Positions 20,588 to 30,087 of a DNA stretch of 64,000 nucleotides are shown piece by piece. A program made the position numbers and the translations under genes. The DNA is from an uncultured virus (IMG/VR IMGVR_UViG_648861014_000005) (lineage: Duplodnaviria; Heunggongvirae; Uroviricota; Caudoviricetes). The stretch lies in IMG/VR virus record IMGVR_UViG_648861014_000005; one strand, given 5' to 3'. The notes under the pieces are model-generated. The model saw nothing but the letters and a program-made list of their open reading frames with translations. It did no database searches and was not told where the DNA came from. Position 1 is the stretch's first letter; every line of letters begins with the position of its first letter.

Positions 20588-20640
20588 GGATCAGGTCTCC
20601 AGGTCAAAAATCGAAAAATTCAAGGAAAATTCGGCCTCAA

Positions 20641-20865
20641 TCAAACCCTGCCAGCAACAGCAAGATCCAAATCGCTCGCAGGGCGCAAAAGCTGCCCGTA
20701 TTGCTCAGCCTCTTCTTTGCTCAACCGAAGAATGGCACCACGAGCACCCTTCCCCTCAACAGGGCCAAGCAACACAAAAGTCCCCTTGGCCGCTCGTCCA
20801 AGGGGGGATTTCTTGCAGGTCACACCATTTTCCTCAATGGCGCTCAGCGAAACAGAATCAGACAT
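20641..20865 (-). CDS. Small phage hypothetical protein
   Basis: ORF MSDSVSLSA...; its start overlaps the original stop of the antirepressor gene. Confidence 0.55.
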   Translation of the reverse strand: MSDSVSLSAIEENGVTCKKSPLGRAAKGTFVLLGPVEGKGARGAILRLSKEEAEQYGQLLRPASDLDLAVAGRV

Positions 20866-20889
20866 TGGATTTCTCACCGTTGATTGTTT

Positions 20890-21351
20890 TCATCTTTCAC
20901 CTCGCGGGATACCCCGTCCTTCAGGTCGGGGAGGAAAGCGAGTGCGGCCTTCGGCCGCTTCTCTTTGAGATTTGACATATTTGGCGATGACCGATAGCGG
21001 TGCGCCTCCGCAGCTTGCTGCGAAATATGCGGGCGACCAGAGGACGCCTTTATGGTAACGACCAGTAATTTCGGGCCTGTACTCTCTCAAAGTTCTACTT
21101 GAGACGCCTTTCAGTCTGTTGACCAGCTTTGAAAGCGCTATTTTGGGTGGGTAATGGACAAGTAGATGCACATGATCGTCTTCCCCATCACATTCGACAA
21201 GTTTGGCTTCGAATTCGGTACATACTTTTGCAAAGATATGCTTCAGGTCTTGAATTGCCGGTTCTGATAAGACGTTGCGTCTGTATTTCGTGACAAAGAC
21301 CAAATGGACGTGCAGAAGATAAACGACATGCCGACCAGTTCTGTAATCCAT
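20890..21351 (-). CDS. tnpA: Y1 HUH transposase TnpA
   Basis: HLVFVTKYRR, EDDHVHLL (HUH), LWSPAYF...AKYVKSQ; true start MDYRTGRH. Confidence 0.93.
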   Translation of the reverse strand: MDYRTGRHVVYLLHVHLVFVTKYRRNVLSEPAIQDLKHIFAKVCTEFEAKLVECDGEDDHVHLLVHYPPKIALSKLVNRLKGVSSRTLREYRPEITGRYHKGVLWSPAYFAASCGGAPLSVIAKYVKSQREAAEGRTRFPPRPEGRGIPRGER

Positions 21352-21387
21352 GTTGTTGCCTTTGGGAGCCAATGTTAGGGTCCGAGC

Positions 21388-22632
21388 ATGATTCAGCGCG
21401 GCTATCGTTATAAATTGGGCCCTACACCAGAGCAGGAAGATTTGCTTGCCCAGTTTGCTGGCGTGTGTCGTCTGATTTACAATATCGCCTTGGAGCAACG
21501 CCGCGATCATTGGCAGAGGTTTAGAAGTAGAACCGGCCAGAATATCAGCTATCCGTCTCAGGCTCGCGAATTGACCCTGCTTCGTGACGAGTTTGACTGG
21601 ATTGCTGCAGTTTCCCAAACCTGCCAACAACAGACCCTGAGGGATTTGGACCGGGCTTACCAGAACTGGTTCAAAGGCATTGCCAAATACCCAACCCCAA
21701 GGAAAAAGGGGCGTAACGATACGTTCCGCTATCAAGGCCGCGAAGTTCAAACCCGCAAGTTGAATGGCAAATGGTCCGAAGTTCGTTTGCCCAAGATCGG
21801 ATGGGTTGGGTATCGCGATACTCGTGCGTTGCGAGGCAAGATCAACAATGCGACGATCAGCCTTGACGCCAAGGGCTGGCATATATCTTTTGCTGTTGCG
21901 ATTGAGCACGAAGCGCCGGCTAATATTGCACCGTCTGTTGGTGTCGACCGTGGCGTAGCAAACACCCTTGCGCTTTCGACCGGTGAACGACTTTGTGTCC
22001 CTGAAAGACTGATCAAGTTGGAGAAGCGGCAGAGAAGAGCGCAGAAGATGCTGTCCCGCCGTAAGCGCGGGTCGAGGCGATATGCCAAGGCACGGAAACG
22101 TGTTGCTACGCTGAGCGCATTGCGTTCGCGCATACGCAAGGACTGGCATCACAGGGCCAGCCTTGATCTGTCCCGCCGATTTGGAACTGTGGTTCTTGAG
22201 GATCTCAAGACCAGAAACATGACAGCTAGCGCAAAAGGAAGTGCTGACGAACCGGGGCGTATGGTACGCCAAAAGGCGGGACTTAACAGGTCTATCCTGA
22301 ACCAGGGCTGGCATATCTTCGAAACCCTACTTGAGTACAAATTGGAAGAGCGGGGTGGGTATTTGTGTAAGGTGCCTGCCCATTACACGTCGCAGACCTG
22401 CGCGGAATGTGGAACCGTCGATAGGGAAAGCCGTCAGAGCCAAGCGTCTTTCTCTTGTAAACATTGCGGACACACCGACCATGCAGACACAAATGCTGCG
22501 AAGGTAATTTTGCGTCGGAACACGGCGTCTATGGACATGGAGGAAGGGCATTGGCTCTCCTGTGAAGTGTCAACTCGAAAGAGCCGTAAGGCTCTCGAAA
22601 ATCCCCCTCCTTCAGGTGGGGGAAGATGTTAA
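21388..22632 (+). CDS. tnpB: RNA-guided endonuclease TnpB
   Basis: N-terminal HTH; RuvC residues GVDRG, VLEDL, HADTNAA intact; Zn finger CAECG/CKHCG. Confidence 0.95.
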   Translation: MIQRGYRYKLGPTPEQEDLLAQFAGVCRLIYNIALEQRRDHWQRFRSRTGQNISYPSQARELTLLRDEFDWIAAVSQTCQQQTLRDLDRAYQNWFKGIAKYPTPRKKGRNDTFRYQGREVQTRKLNGKWSEVRLPKIGWVGYRDTRALRGKINNATISLDAKGWHISFAVAIEHEAPANIAPSVGVDRGVANTLALSTGERLCVPERLIKLEKRQRRAQKMLSRRKRGSRRYAKARKRVATLSALRSRIRKDWHHRASLDLSRRFGTVVLEDLKTRNMTASAKGSADEPGRMVRQKAGLNRSILNQGWHIFETLLEYKLEERGGYLCKVPAHYTSQTCAECGTVDRESRQSQASFSCKHCGHTDHADTNAAKVILRRNTASMDMEEGHWLSCEVSTRKSRKALENPPPSGGGRC

Positions 22633-23172
22633 CACAGGAAAATCAAAAAGGTCCGCGTGATCGGGTGAACCATGCATCGATGGAACAACAGGCAGGTTCA
22701 ACTTAAACCAAAGCTCCTGCGCCTGTTTGCAGCCAAAGGAACGACGCGTCTCTGCAACCATGCGAACGCGCACCGAATTCGGTACACCAGACACCTGCAC
22801 AGGTTCGCGCTCGGGCTTTGAACCTTGCAAGAAATGTTCGGCCAAAACCGCATAACATTCGCGCTGATAGGTTAGGACGCGTTCGCGAACATGTTCGTCC
22901 TTGATCCGGTTGCTATCGACCGTAAATAGCCAACCATTGATCAGCTCAAGCTTTAAACAAAGCGTCTTCTGCTCACCGCCCCGACCGAAAGGCACCTGCA
23001 TAATACAGGTACCTTCCGACAAAATAGGATCACGTGAAACACGTTGGCGTTGCCCCTCCCATTTCATCCCCATTGCCTCTACGATCGGTTTAAGGGCCAC
23101 ATACACGCCGTCTTCAGCCTCAAAACCGAACAGTGTGTCACCACGAAAGTTCACTGTAATAATCTTACCCAT
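22612..23172 (-). CDS. ant: Phage antirepressor (P22 Ant N-terminal domain); C-terminus altered by IS insertion
   Basis: YVALKPIVEAMGMKW...LINGWLFTV...YQRECYAVL motifs. Confidence 0.85.
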   Translation of the reverse strand: MGKIITVNFRGDTLFGFEAEDGVYVALKPIVEAMGMKWEGQRQRVSRDPILSEGTCIMQVPFGRGGEQKTLCLKLELINGWLFTVDSNRIKDEHVRERVLTYQRECYAVLAEHFLQGSKPEREPVQVSGVPNSVRVRMVAETRRSFGCKQAQELWFKLNLPVVPSMHGSPDHADLFDFPVLTSSPT

Positions 23173-23327
23173 TGTAAAGTCTCCATCGGCGCCCGGTCCG
23201 CCAAGCCCGGAAACGCACAGGGGTTTGCATTTGCAAACACCGGGGCCGATGAAGCCGGGTGTTCGCGTCTCTTCTCCACTGGCGGCGGAGAAACTTGCTT
23301 TGATCAGTGAAAGAACGGCGGACCGAC

Positions 23328-23786
23328 CTAATAGGGCACGTTCGAGACAAAACCCGCGCTCAGGACGACTGTAATCCCGGCAATGTTTGCAGCTCCGTCC
23401 GTTGCCTGATCAAGCCGATCGATCCCGGAAATCTCGAAGACAGCGCAGCTGTCTTCCTTCTCATTCGCCCTTACCAGCGCTTGATGCACACAAGACAAAA
23501 AGAACTTCAAAACAGAGCGCCGCTGCGCATCCGTCTCCGCTTTGACAATCAGTTCCAGCAGCGCTGTTTGACGAAGCTCATATTGAAAAGCCCCAGCTCC
23601 GAGCGCCTCATTGAGCCGCTCAAGGTCCCCATCCACCATATTGGCATAGGCGCTTGCCCCCTCATCCAGCACGGTGAAAGCCCGCTCGAGCGTTTCATTG
23701 CGATCAATCGGCGGAATGCCATCATGGCTTTCGGCAACATCCTGCAAAACAGCGTGTAAGGCCGTCAAAACATCATCAGAGCTCAT
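23328..23786 (-). CDS. Tail terminator-like protein
   Basis: Position between neck genes and tail tube. Confidence 0.55.
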   Translation of the reverse strand: MSSDDVLTALHAVLQDVAESHDGIPPIDRNETLERAFTVLDEGASAYANMVDGDLERLNEALGAGAFQYELRQTALLELIVKAETDAQRRSVLKFFLSCVHQALVRANEKEDSCAVFEISGIDRLDQATDGAANIAGITVVLSAGFVSNVPY

Positions 23787-24460
23787 TGACCGAGCCTTTG
23801 TAGCATTTTACGCGTAATGAGATCCGGGGTCGCCTGTTGAATGATCCGGGCCGTCAACGCTACATCGAAGCGCTTGCCGAGGCGCACCTGCTTCACCAAA
23901 GTATACATGAGCACGCGCTCAGACTTGCTGCGTCCGCCTGCCTTTACACGCCGTGACCCTTTGCGCTTGCCGCGCGAGCGTCGAAACCCCGTTTCAGAAA
24001 ACGCATAAAGGACACGACCACCCGCCCCAGGTTTTGCAACAACTGCAAGACTTTCATTTCCAAATTCGCTCAAAAAATCCGCCATGGACATGCGCCGACC
24101 TCTCGCCCCTCGCTTGCGGCTCGCAGGCGCAAAGTCAGTCGGAATGGCCAGCCAGCCACCTTGAGACACGGAACGGATCGCGCCGTCCTTCGAAAACGCA
24201 TCTACGATCTGCGGGGCCTTGCTCCAAATCAGCGCTGCAGGCTCCATTGTGGGTAAGCCTTTACGCGGATAAACCTGAGAGCGCCACGTTTTCGCAAGTC
24301 GCGCCCCCAATCCCGCTCTGGTTATTTGCTGCCTGAACCGTCGTTTTCCCAATTCGGCAGCATCTTCCATTCCGCCCCGCAAGGCAGCGCTCAGTTCCCT
24401 TTGCTCCCCTTCCAGGTGCTTTTGCAAATCACCGACAAGGGCAAGTTCAAAATCAGCCAT
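23783..24460 (-). CDS. Phage neck/tail completion protein (DUF6441-like)
   Basis: AGLGARLAKTWRSQVYP and WLAIPT motifs. Confidence 0.65.
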   Translation of the reverse strand: MADFELALVGDLQKHLEGEQRELSAALRGGMEDAAELGKRRFRQQITRAGLGARLAKTWRSQVYPRKGLPTMEPAALIWSKAPQIVDAFSKDGAIRSVSQGGWLAIPTDFAPASRKRGARGRRMSMADFLSEFGNESLAVVAKPGAGGRVLYAFSETGFRRSRGKRKGSRRVKAGGRSKSERVLMYTLVKQVRLGKRFDVALTARIIQQATPDLITRKMLQRLGQ

Positions 24461-24776
24461 GGATCACATCGACCTTGCATGACCAGACAAGTCGGGCCGG
24501 ATCCGTGAGCCGGGGCTCGCCAACCACCTTGTAGCGATCTCCGCTCTCAAGGGAAAACACACCTCCAACAGCGGGCGAGAGTTCCCACGCTCGCACGAAC
24601 AGCAAAGTCGAACGAGCGACCGGGCTGGAAAATTCCGAAATAGAAACGCCAATGTCTTCGTCTGTGGCAAATCTGATTTGACAAGAGGCATCTTCCCCCA
24701 CAGCCGGAGAATAAGTGGCCGCATCACCGAGCTCTTCAAACTCGGCATCGACCACTTGCCTATCTAGTTCTTTCAT
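24453..24776 (-). CDS. Head-tail joining (FII-like) protein
   Basis: Position; C-terminal EPRLTDPARLVW; start reassigned to MKELDRQ. Confidence 0.65.
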   Translation of the reverse strand: MKELDRQVVDAEFEELGDAATYSPAVGEDASCQIRFATDEDIGVSISEFSSPVARSTLLFVRAWELSPAVGGVFSLESGDRYKVVGEPRLTDPARLVWSCKVDVIHG

Positions 24777-24783
24777 CGGGGTT

Positions 24784-25187
24784 TCAGGAGCCAATAAGCT
24801 GGTTCTGAGCGGGAGGCGATGGCGGAGCACCCGAGGAGCCTGAAGGTTTCAACATCTCCCAGAACTTGTCACGCTCATGCGCTGAAATTTCAAAGCCAAG
24901 CCGTTTTTCCAGTTCGGCAACGACAGGCTTACCGCTTGAAGTGAATGATCTTCATTTTCTGCATCAAGTTGCTCTATAGCCGCCGTCATGGCGTTTTCAA
25001 GAGCTTTGCCTGAAGGGCGCTTTACCGGACTCACTTCTCCGGGATTTTCCGGAAGCGTACCAAACTGTTTTACAAGAGCATCCGCCTCGTCAGCATCAAG
25101 GGCGACCGGGTTCCCCGGTGCAATCTCACCCTTGTTCGTGACAACTGTCACCGGCAGGCGAACCGTTTTTACATTTCTCTTCGACAT
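24784..25187 (-). pseudogene. Head-region phage protein with apparent 1-bp frameshift near 24945
   Basis: Adding one T (CATTC to CATTTC) gives EDHFTSSGKPVVAELEKRLGFEISAHERD... to a stop at 24784. Confidence 0.55.
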
Positions 25188-25249
25188 CAGTCGTCTCCAA
25201 TTTTAATAAGGCGGCAGTTTCCCGCCACTCAATTCACCAAACGTTGCTG

Positions 25250-25352
25250 CAGAGCTTTTGGTGCTCCTTGAAGCACTCAGTCCGCTCAAGAAGCTCGACT
25301 TATCGCGTTTTCGGACGGCGAACCGACCTCCGCTTCGCCTGAAAACGCTTTA
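25250..25352. repeat. Second Rhizobiales-type palindromic intergenic repeat
   Basis: Begins at the capsid stop codon; GCGTTTTC...GAAAACGC inverted repeat; shares its core with 11043-11144. Confidence 0.55.
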
Positions 25353-26381
25353 TCGAACCAATACAAAAGCCGTTGCGTTAACCTCACCTGGAACAGGGAG
25401 TGGCGCTGATTGCGTCATCAGGAAATCAACGGAAGGATCTTCCTGTGACCACATTTTCGGAAAGCGGCTGACCGCCTTCAAGGCACGATTGTCCCGGATA
25501 GCTCCGTGGCAAAAGCTGCCAGCCAATGTGGGAGGTGCAGCCATCAAACAACCAAGGCTCGGGAAAAAATCAAGGATAGTGCCATCCTCAGCTTCAAAGA
25601 TCTGGGTGTATTGCCAGAAATCGAATTGGCCGATAGACCCCAGATAAGCAGCGACCATATCTTCAGCGCCAGTGGCAACCGGACCAAGCTGAAAACGCCC
25701 GTCCATCTGACGACGGTTATCCAGAACGTCCTTGATTTCAGCATCGCCGGTAAACAGTTCAGCTGCCTCCGCCCCAAAGACAACATTCGTTACCGACCCA
25801 CCCGACTTCTTGGCGATCTCTGTTGCCCAATTCCGAATATTGGACTTGATACTCACACCATCCTCGCCCCATCGAGCACCACCTGTCAGAATTTTCGTCA
25901 GGGACGGATCCCTGCCAAAATCGACGGTTTGTGCAGGATAGTCCTCGCCCTCACAGACAACAGCACCTGTTGTCAGCACCTGTGCGCACATCCACTCTTC
26001 ACGACGGGTGATCTCAGCGTCCTGATCGGCAAGTTTCTGGATCATATTACGCCGATAACGTTCTTCTGGAGACAGCTCGCCGCCAAAAGCCTCGCCTGCC
26101 AGCCGGACAAAGTTTTCATCCGGACTGATTTCATCTTTCGGCTTTACATAAGGAGGCTCAAATGTCTCAACTGAACGGCCACGAGCACGACGCGCCTTAC
26201 CAGCAACATGCGGAGATACAAAGGGCGCAATCTTTCGACGCTTGGCAACTTTATCAAAGGCAATTTCTGCCGTCACGAATTGTACGCCAGTCGGAAAGAA
26301 CATATCACGCAACCAAGCAGTCGGACGATCAAGTGTCGGCAGAACGCGTTGCAGCGCGGTGGTTGAATAAAGCGGATCCAT
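25350..26381 (-). CDS. Major capsid protein, lambda gpE family
   Basis: APFVSP, PPYVKPK, RREEWMCAQ, TQSAPLPVP motifs. Confidence 0.95.
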   Translation of the reverse strand: MDPLYSTTALQRVLPTLDRPTAWLRDMFFPTGVQFVTAEIAFDKVAKRRKIAPFVSPHVAGKARRARGRSVETFEPPYVKPKDEISPDENFVRLAGEAFGGELSPEERYRRNMIQKLADQDAEITRREEWMCAQVLTTGAVVCEGEDYPAQTVDFGRDPSLTKILTGGARWGEDGVSIKSNIRNWATEIAKKSGGSVTNVVFGAEAAELFTGDAEIKDVLDNRRQMDGRFQLGPVATGAEDMVAAYLGSIGQFDFWQYTQIFEAEDGTILDFFPSLGCLMAAPPTLAGSFCHGAIRDNRALKAVSRFPKMWSQEDPSVDFLMTQSAPLPVPGEVNATAFVLVR

Positions 26382-26441
26382 GCTGGAAACCTCTCTTGTT
26401 GGAAGTAAAGTTGAGGAAAAATTCGCGCTGCGGCGGAACGA

Positions 26442-26798
26442 TCAAGCCCGCGTGCGGACAAAGATGGGCAGACCCGCGATCCGAAACGCAGCCTCTACGC
26501 TATCAGCGTCATGATCGGCACCGAATTTCAGTTGGTCTGCTGCAAACTCACCGCTTGCATAAGCCGGGGCCACGACATCACCGCCACTGGCGTCGACATC
26601 TACAGCCAGAACCAGGCTCGGGACCTGCGATCCATCAGCTGCTGCCGAAGCGGTAAGCTGGTATTTGTCAGAATCGGTGATACGTCCCAAAACAGAACCG
26701 CGCTCCAGCTCTTGCCCGGAGAGAATTGTCACCTTGCGCATAGCAACAGGAAAGTCCCCGGCGACAAGACCGCCAGGTTGATAGGAAGAATTAGGCAT
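26442..26798 (-). CDS. Head decoration protein, gpD family
   Basis: ERGSVLGRIT...DGSQVP...YASGEF motifs; upstream of gpE. Confidence 0.88.
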   Translation of the reverse strand: MPNSSYQPGGLVAGDFPVAMRKVTILSGQELERGSVLGRITDSDKYQLTASAAADGSQVPSLVLAVDVDASGGDVVAPAYASGEFAADQLKFGADHDADSVEAAFRIAGLPIFVRTRA

Positions 26799-26851
26799 CG
26801 TGCCCTCCTTCAAAACAATGTTGAGATGAGTGTTGGCGTTTTGCCTGTCGA

Positions 26852-27337
26852 TCAACCTCGCGCCTTGGCGCGGTTGTCCTTCATACGCGAGGCGGTTGCC
26901 ACAAGAGCATTATCACCTTCTGAAAGGTCAGATGCTGTGCCCTGAAAATCCTGCCCCGGCGATTTATCCTTGCCGGACATGGCTTGGGAAAGCGAAGAAG
27001 ATTTCCCGCTTGCTTTCAAAAGACCCCTTGCCCGAGCGGGAGTTATACTTCCATTGGCAACATCATTTGCCAATTCCATCGCCAGCTTTGACCGGCCTTT
27101 TGCTTCCGGAGAGGACATCAACGCGAATGCCGCATCCACATTCGCGCGAGAACATGTGGCGTTGTCGCCTTCTTCATTCTCATTTCCATCTTCTGAGGCT
27201 TCATCGGTAGACTGCTCTTCCTGCTCGGCTTCATCCTCTTTTTCGTCCTCTGCGTCATTTTCTGACGCTGAATCAGACGCAGTATCGGGTGCTGGCTTAC
27301 CACGAAGGTGAGCCAGAGCATTCTTTACTCCGGACAT
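26852..27337 (-). CDS. Scaffold-like protein (Nu3-like)
   Basis: Acidic stretch, then ALMSSPEAKGR...LA motif; between protease and gpD. Confidence 0.6.
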   Translation of the reverse strand: MSGVKNALAHLRGKPAPDTASDSASENDAEDEKEDEAEQEEQSTDEASEDGNENEEGDNATCSRANVDAAFALMSSPEAKGRSKLAMELANDVANGSITPARARGLLKASGKSSSLSQAMSGKDKSPGQDFQGTASDLSEGDNALVATASRMKDNRAKARG

Positions 27338-27363
27338 GTCTTTCTCCTGGTTTTGGGATTTGA

Positions 27364-28209
27364 TCAGCCGCGCGTTGCCTCGATCAAGGAGGCAAATGCC
27401 TTGTCAGGCGACATGATCTGGTCGATCAGGCCGATTTCTCTGGCCCGAGCGAGATTGAGCGGACCATCGTAAAGCTCCGCTTCTGTTTCTAAAACTGTTT
27501 GCCTGTCGATACCTCGTCCCGCAGCAACATGATCAGCAAAGAGATCACGAACAGCATCAACGCTCGCCTGCCAGCTCTCACGAACAGTGTCGGGCAACTC
27601 TTGATACGGATTTCCATCAACCTTGCGAGCACCTGAATGGATCAAAGTAACTTTTAGTCCAACATCGGAGAACATTTTTGAGAAATCGCCATGCATGCGC
27701 ACAACGCCGATGGACCCTACACTGCCGGTATTTGGAACTGTAATCACTTCCGCAGCACTAGATATCGCGAAAGCAGCACTGGCGGACAGATCACGCACAA
27801 TGGCCATAATCGGCTTCTCGCCACGGGCCTGCCGGATAAACTCAACAAGCTCAAAGCAACCCGACACCATACCGCCTGGACTGCTGACATCCAGCGCAAT
27901 GGCCCGTATATCCGGATCGGAAAGGGCTGCAAGAAACGCAAGGCGAATTCCGTTATATCCTGTGATCCAGGATGCACCATGGAACGGCAGGTCAGAAACA
28001 AGGAACCCATAAACACTGATAACAGCAACCCCGTCCATGGCAGTATAAAGACGTGAGGGCTGCCCCTCATCCAGCCAAACCAGCCCCGCGCTGTCGCGTG
28101 GAACCTTACCGATCATCTGGATTTTTTCAGCAAAGTCGCTGATCCGGTTTTCAAGCAACGAAACACAGCAGCCATTCAGCGATGCGAGCGTGAGTGTGTG
28201 GGCAGTCAT
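27364..28209 (-). CDS. S49 capsid maturation protease (gpC-like)
   Basis: DVSSPGG, SASAAF, GSIGV, KVDGNPY motifs. Confidence 0.92.
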   Translation of the reverse strand: MTAHTLTLASLNGCCVSLLENRISDFAEKIQMIGKVPRDSAGLVWLDEGQPSRLYTAMDGVAVISVYGFLVSDLPFHGASWITGYNGIRLAFLAALSDPDIRAIALDVSSPGGMVSGCFELVEFIRQARGEKPIMAIVRDLSASAAFAISSAAEVITVPNTGSVGSIGVVRMHGDFSKMFSDVGLKVTLIHSGARKVDGNPYQELPDTVRESWQASVDAVRDLFADHVAAGRGIDRQTVLETEAELYDGPLNLARAREIGLIDQIMSPDKAFASLIEATRG

Positions 28210-29846
28210 GTGTCGCCCCCTTCCTTAGCATCGGACTTTGTGGATTCAGCAGAGCCGTCCTCGCTATCCTTTTCTGAGTTAGAGATACCTGGGTTTTTCA
28301 ACGGCCCTTCAAGCTCTCGGCTCCGGAACGCCTCATTTTCCCGACCAAACTGGTCGAGGTTCTGTTCCCAGTCGCCGCCTTGTTGAGCTGTCTCCTGTTC
28401 CAGCGTGGTAAGTCTGGCACCCATCCGCAAAATTGCAGCCTGTGCTTCCTTGACTGGATCGATGTAGCCTCGCGCCGGTCCAATCCAGTCACCACGCATG
28501 TAACCGGCCGGCGCTTCATAAAAGCTTCGCGCATGTGCGGGCGCTTCGACGTACCCACGATCAAGTGCTTCTTCCAAAAAAGCCGCAAATATCAGATTTG
28601 CAGCACCAGCAATCAGCAAACCACGGAGACGATGAATTCCCCGCCAAATCTCATTAAGCGCCGCACGGGCGGACGAATAGTTGGTTTTCGTCCAGTCCAT
28701 GGCAAGCTGCTCATAGGAGACCCCAAGAGACGCTGCCAAAGCCCGTAAAAACACCTCTTGGAAGGCAGGAAAACCCGATGTCTGTCTTGGTTGCGTGTTC
28801 AGATCAAGACGGTCAGACGGGAACATGTGAACAAACCTGCTCTCATCCATCGTCTTGTTGTTTTTGTAGAATTTTGCCCGCTCAGAGGTAAAGCTACCCC
28901 AATCGGTCACACCCTCTACCGGCTGGCTGCCCACCGCCTCAGCAGCGTATTCTGCACCCATCTGGGTGTAGATAGCACCGACAATAGAAGAATTGAGCGC
29001 AGCTGCGCGAAGCTCTGAGCGCGCATGATTGCGAAGCATCTTCTGCCCCGCCAAATTGCTGACCAGTCGAGAAATGCCGCGCGTTTGTCCTGCTCGGCGC
29101 TTGTCAAAGACATGCAAGACCTTTGGCCGTTGCCACGATCCAATCTGATCCCAGCGTGGGATGCGCTGCCAAGTGAAGGAATCGGATCCGTATTGAAATA
29201 CGTCGCACGGGTGCGCCTTGCGAATGTGATAGGCAATCGGTGCTCCGTCACTGCTAAACTCAACACCACCTTTCAAAGTGGCCGTGTCCATTCGGTTGTC
29301 AGGATTGGAAAGACGATCCGGATCAACAACCTGAACCGCTGTTGCATAGTCACGGCCTGGTTCACTGATCCAGCGCAATACTGCCAGCGCTTCTCCGCCA
29401 ACGAACTCTCTCGCTATCAAACCCATTTGTCCGACAAAGTTCAGCTGACGCTCCGCGTCACCACGAAAAATCGGATCTTCCGCCCAGGATTGCCAAGCTG
29501 TCTGTATGTCATTTCCGAGTTGATCCGCCTCTTCCTGAGTAATGCCAAGCAATTTGGCAGAAGGCTTGGAGTTCAGGCGGAACGTTCCTCCAACCAGCAT
29601 ATCGACCTGACGGTCGATGCCGGAGGACACCCAGGGGTCGTTGCGGTCAAGATCCCGAATGCGAGCAACTGCGCCATCACGATTAGGCAACCAGTCCGCG
29701 TCGGCAGATTGGAGTCCTGGCGACCAACCGGCAATACCCGGCTCTCGATCGCCAGTCGCCTCAAACGCTGAGCTTGTAGCAAGAGACACCGGGCGCGCCG
29801 ATACGCCAGACGCGTCACCCGCACGAACCCTGATAACTGGCTTCAC
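28206..29846 (-). CDS. Portal protein, lambda family
   Basis: ARIRDLDRND, RAGQTRG, TNYSSARA, IDPVKE motifs. Confidence 0.95.
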   Translation of the reverse strand: MKPVIRVRAGDASGVSARPVSLATSSAFEATGDREPGIAGWSPGLQSADADWLPNRDGAVARIRDLDRNDPWVSSGIDRQVDMLVGGTFRLNSKPSAKLLGITQEEADQLGNDIQTAWQSWAEDPIFRGDAERQLNFVGQMGLIAREFVGGEALAVLRWISEPGRDYATAVQVVDPDRLSNPDNRMDTATLKGGVEFSSDGAPIAYHIRKAHPCDVFQYGSDSFTWQRIPRWDQIGSWQRPKVLHVFDKRRAGQTRGISRLVSNLAGQKMLRNHARSELRAAALNSSIVGAIYTQMGAEYAAEAVGSQPVEGVTDWGSFTSERAKFYKNNKTMDESRFVHMFPSDRLDLNTQPRQTSGFPAFQEVFLRALAASLGVSYEQLAMDWTKTNYSSARAALNEIWRGIHRLRGLLIAGAANLIFAAFLEEALDRGYVEAPAHARSFYEAPAGYMRGDWIGPARGYIDPVKEAQAAILRMGARLTTLEQETAQQGGDWEQNLDQFGRENEAFRSRELEGPLKNPGISNSEKDSEDGSAESTKSDAKEGGDT

Positions 29847-30082
29847 TGCTGACCTCCAAAGCGAGCCAAAACCGGACCTACGCCCGAAGACCTACCGGTC
29901 AGCTTGGCAAGTTCAATCTTCAACAACGCGATTTCCTGATTGATCTCGCTAAGGCTCGCCAATTGGTATTTGACGCCACCGCCCTGCGACCCGGTGATTT
30001 CAACGCGCTGCCTTCCAAGCAGCTGCTGCCGTTTTGCCGCCTCAAGGTCGGCAATCGTCTGTTCGATTTCTTCTCGGGTCAT
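29843..30082 (-). CDS. Head-tail adaptor gpW
   Basis: Short ORF between TerL and portal; LEAA...LLG...V.I...VKY pattern. Confidence 0.8.
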   Translation of the reverse strand: MTREEIEQTIADLEAAKRQQLLGRQRVEITGSQGGGVKYQLASLSEINQEIALLKIELAKLTGRSSGVGPVLARFGGQQ

Positions 30083-30087
30083 GGTGT

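Larger units (their letters stand above)
20885..22632 (+). mobile_element. IS200/IS605-family element (divergent tnpA/tnpB)
   Basis: Subterminal hairpins CCCCGTCCTTCAGGTCGGGG and CCCCTCCTTCAGGTGGGG; inserted 3' of TTGAT (20880-20884) with no TSD; removal restores the host ORF. Confidence 0.9.

Noticed and set aside
20890..22314. 474-aa ORF suggesting a long TnpA fusion
   Set aside because: Only the last 153 aa are TnpA; the rest is the antisense shadow of tnpB
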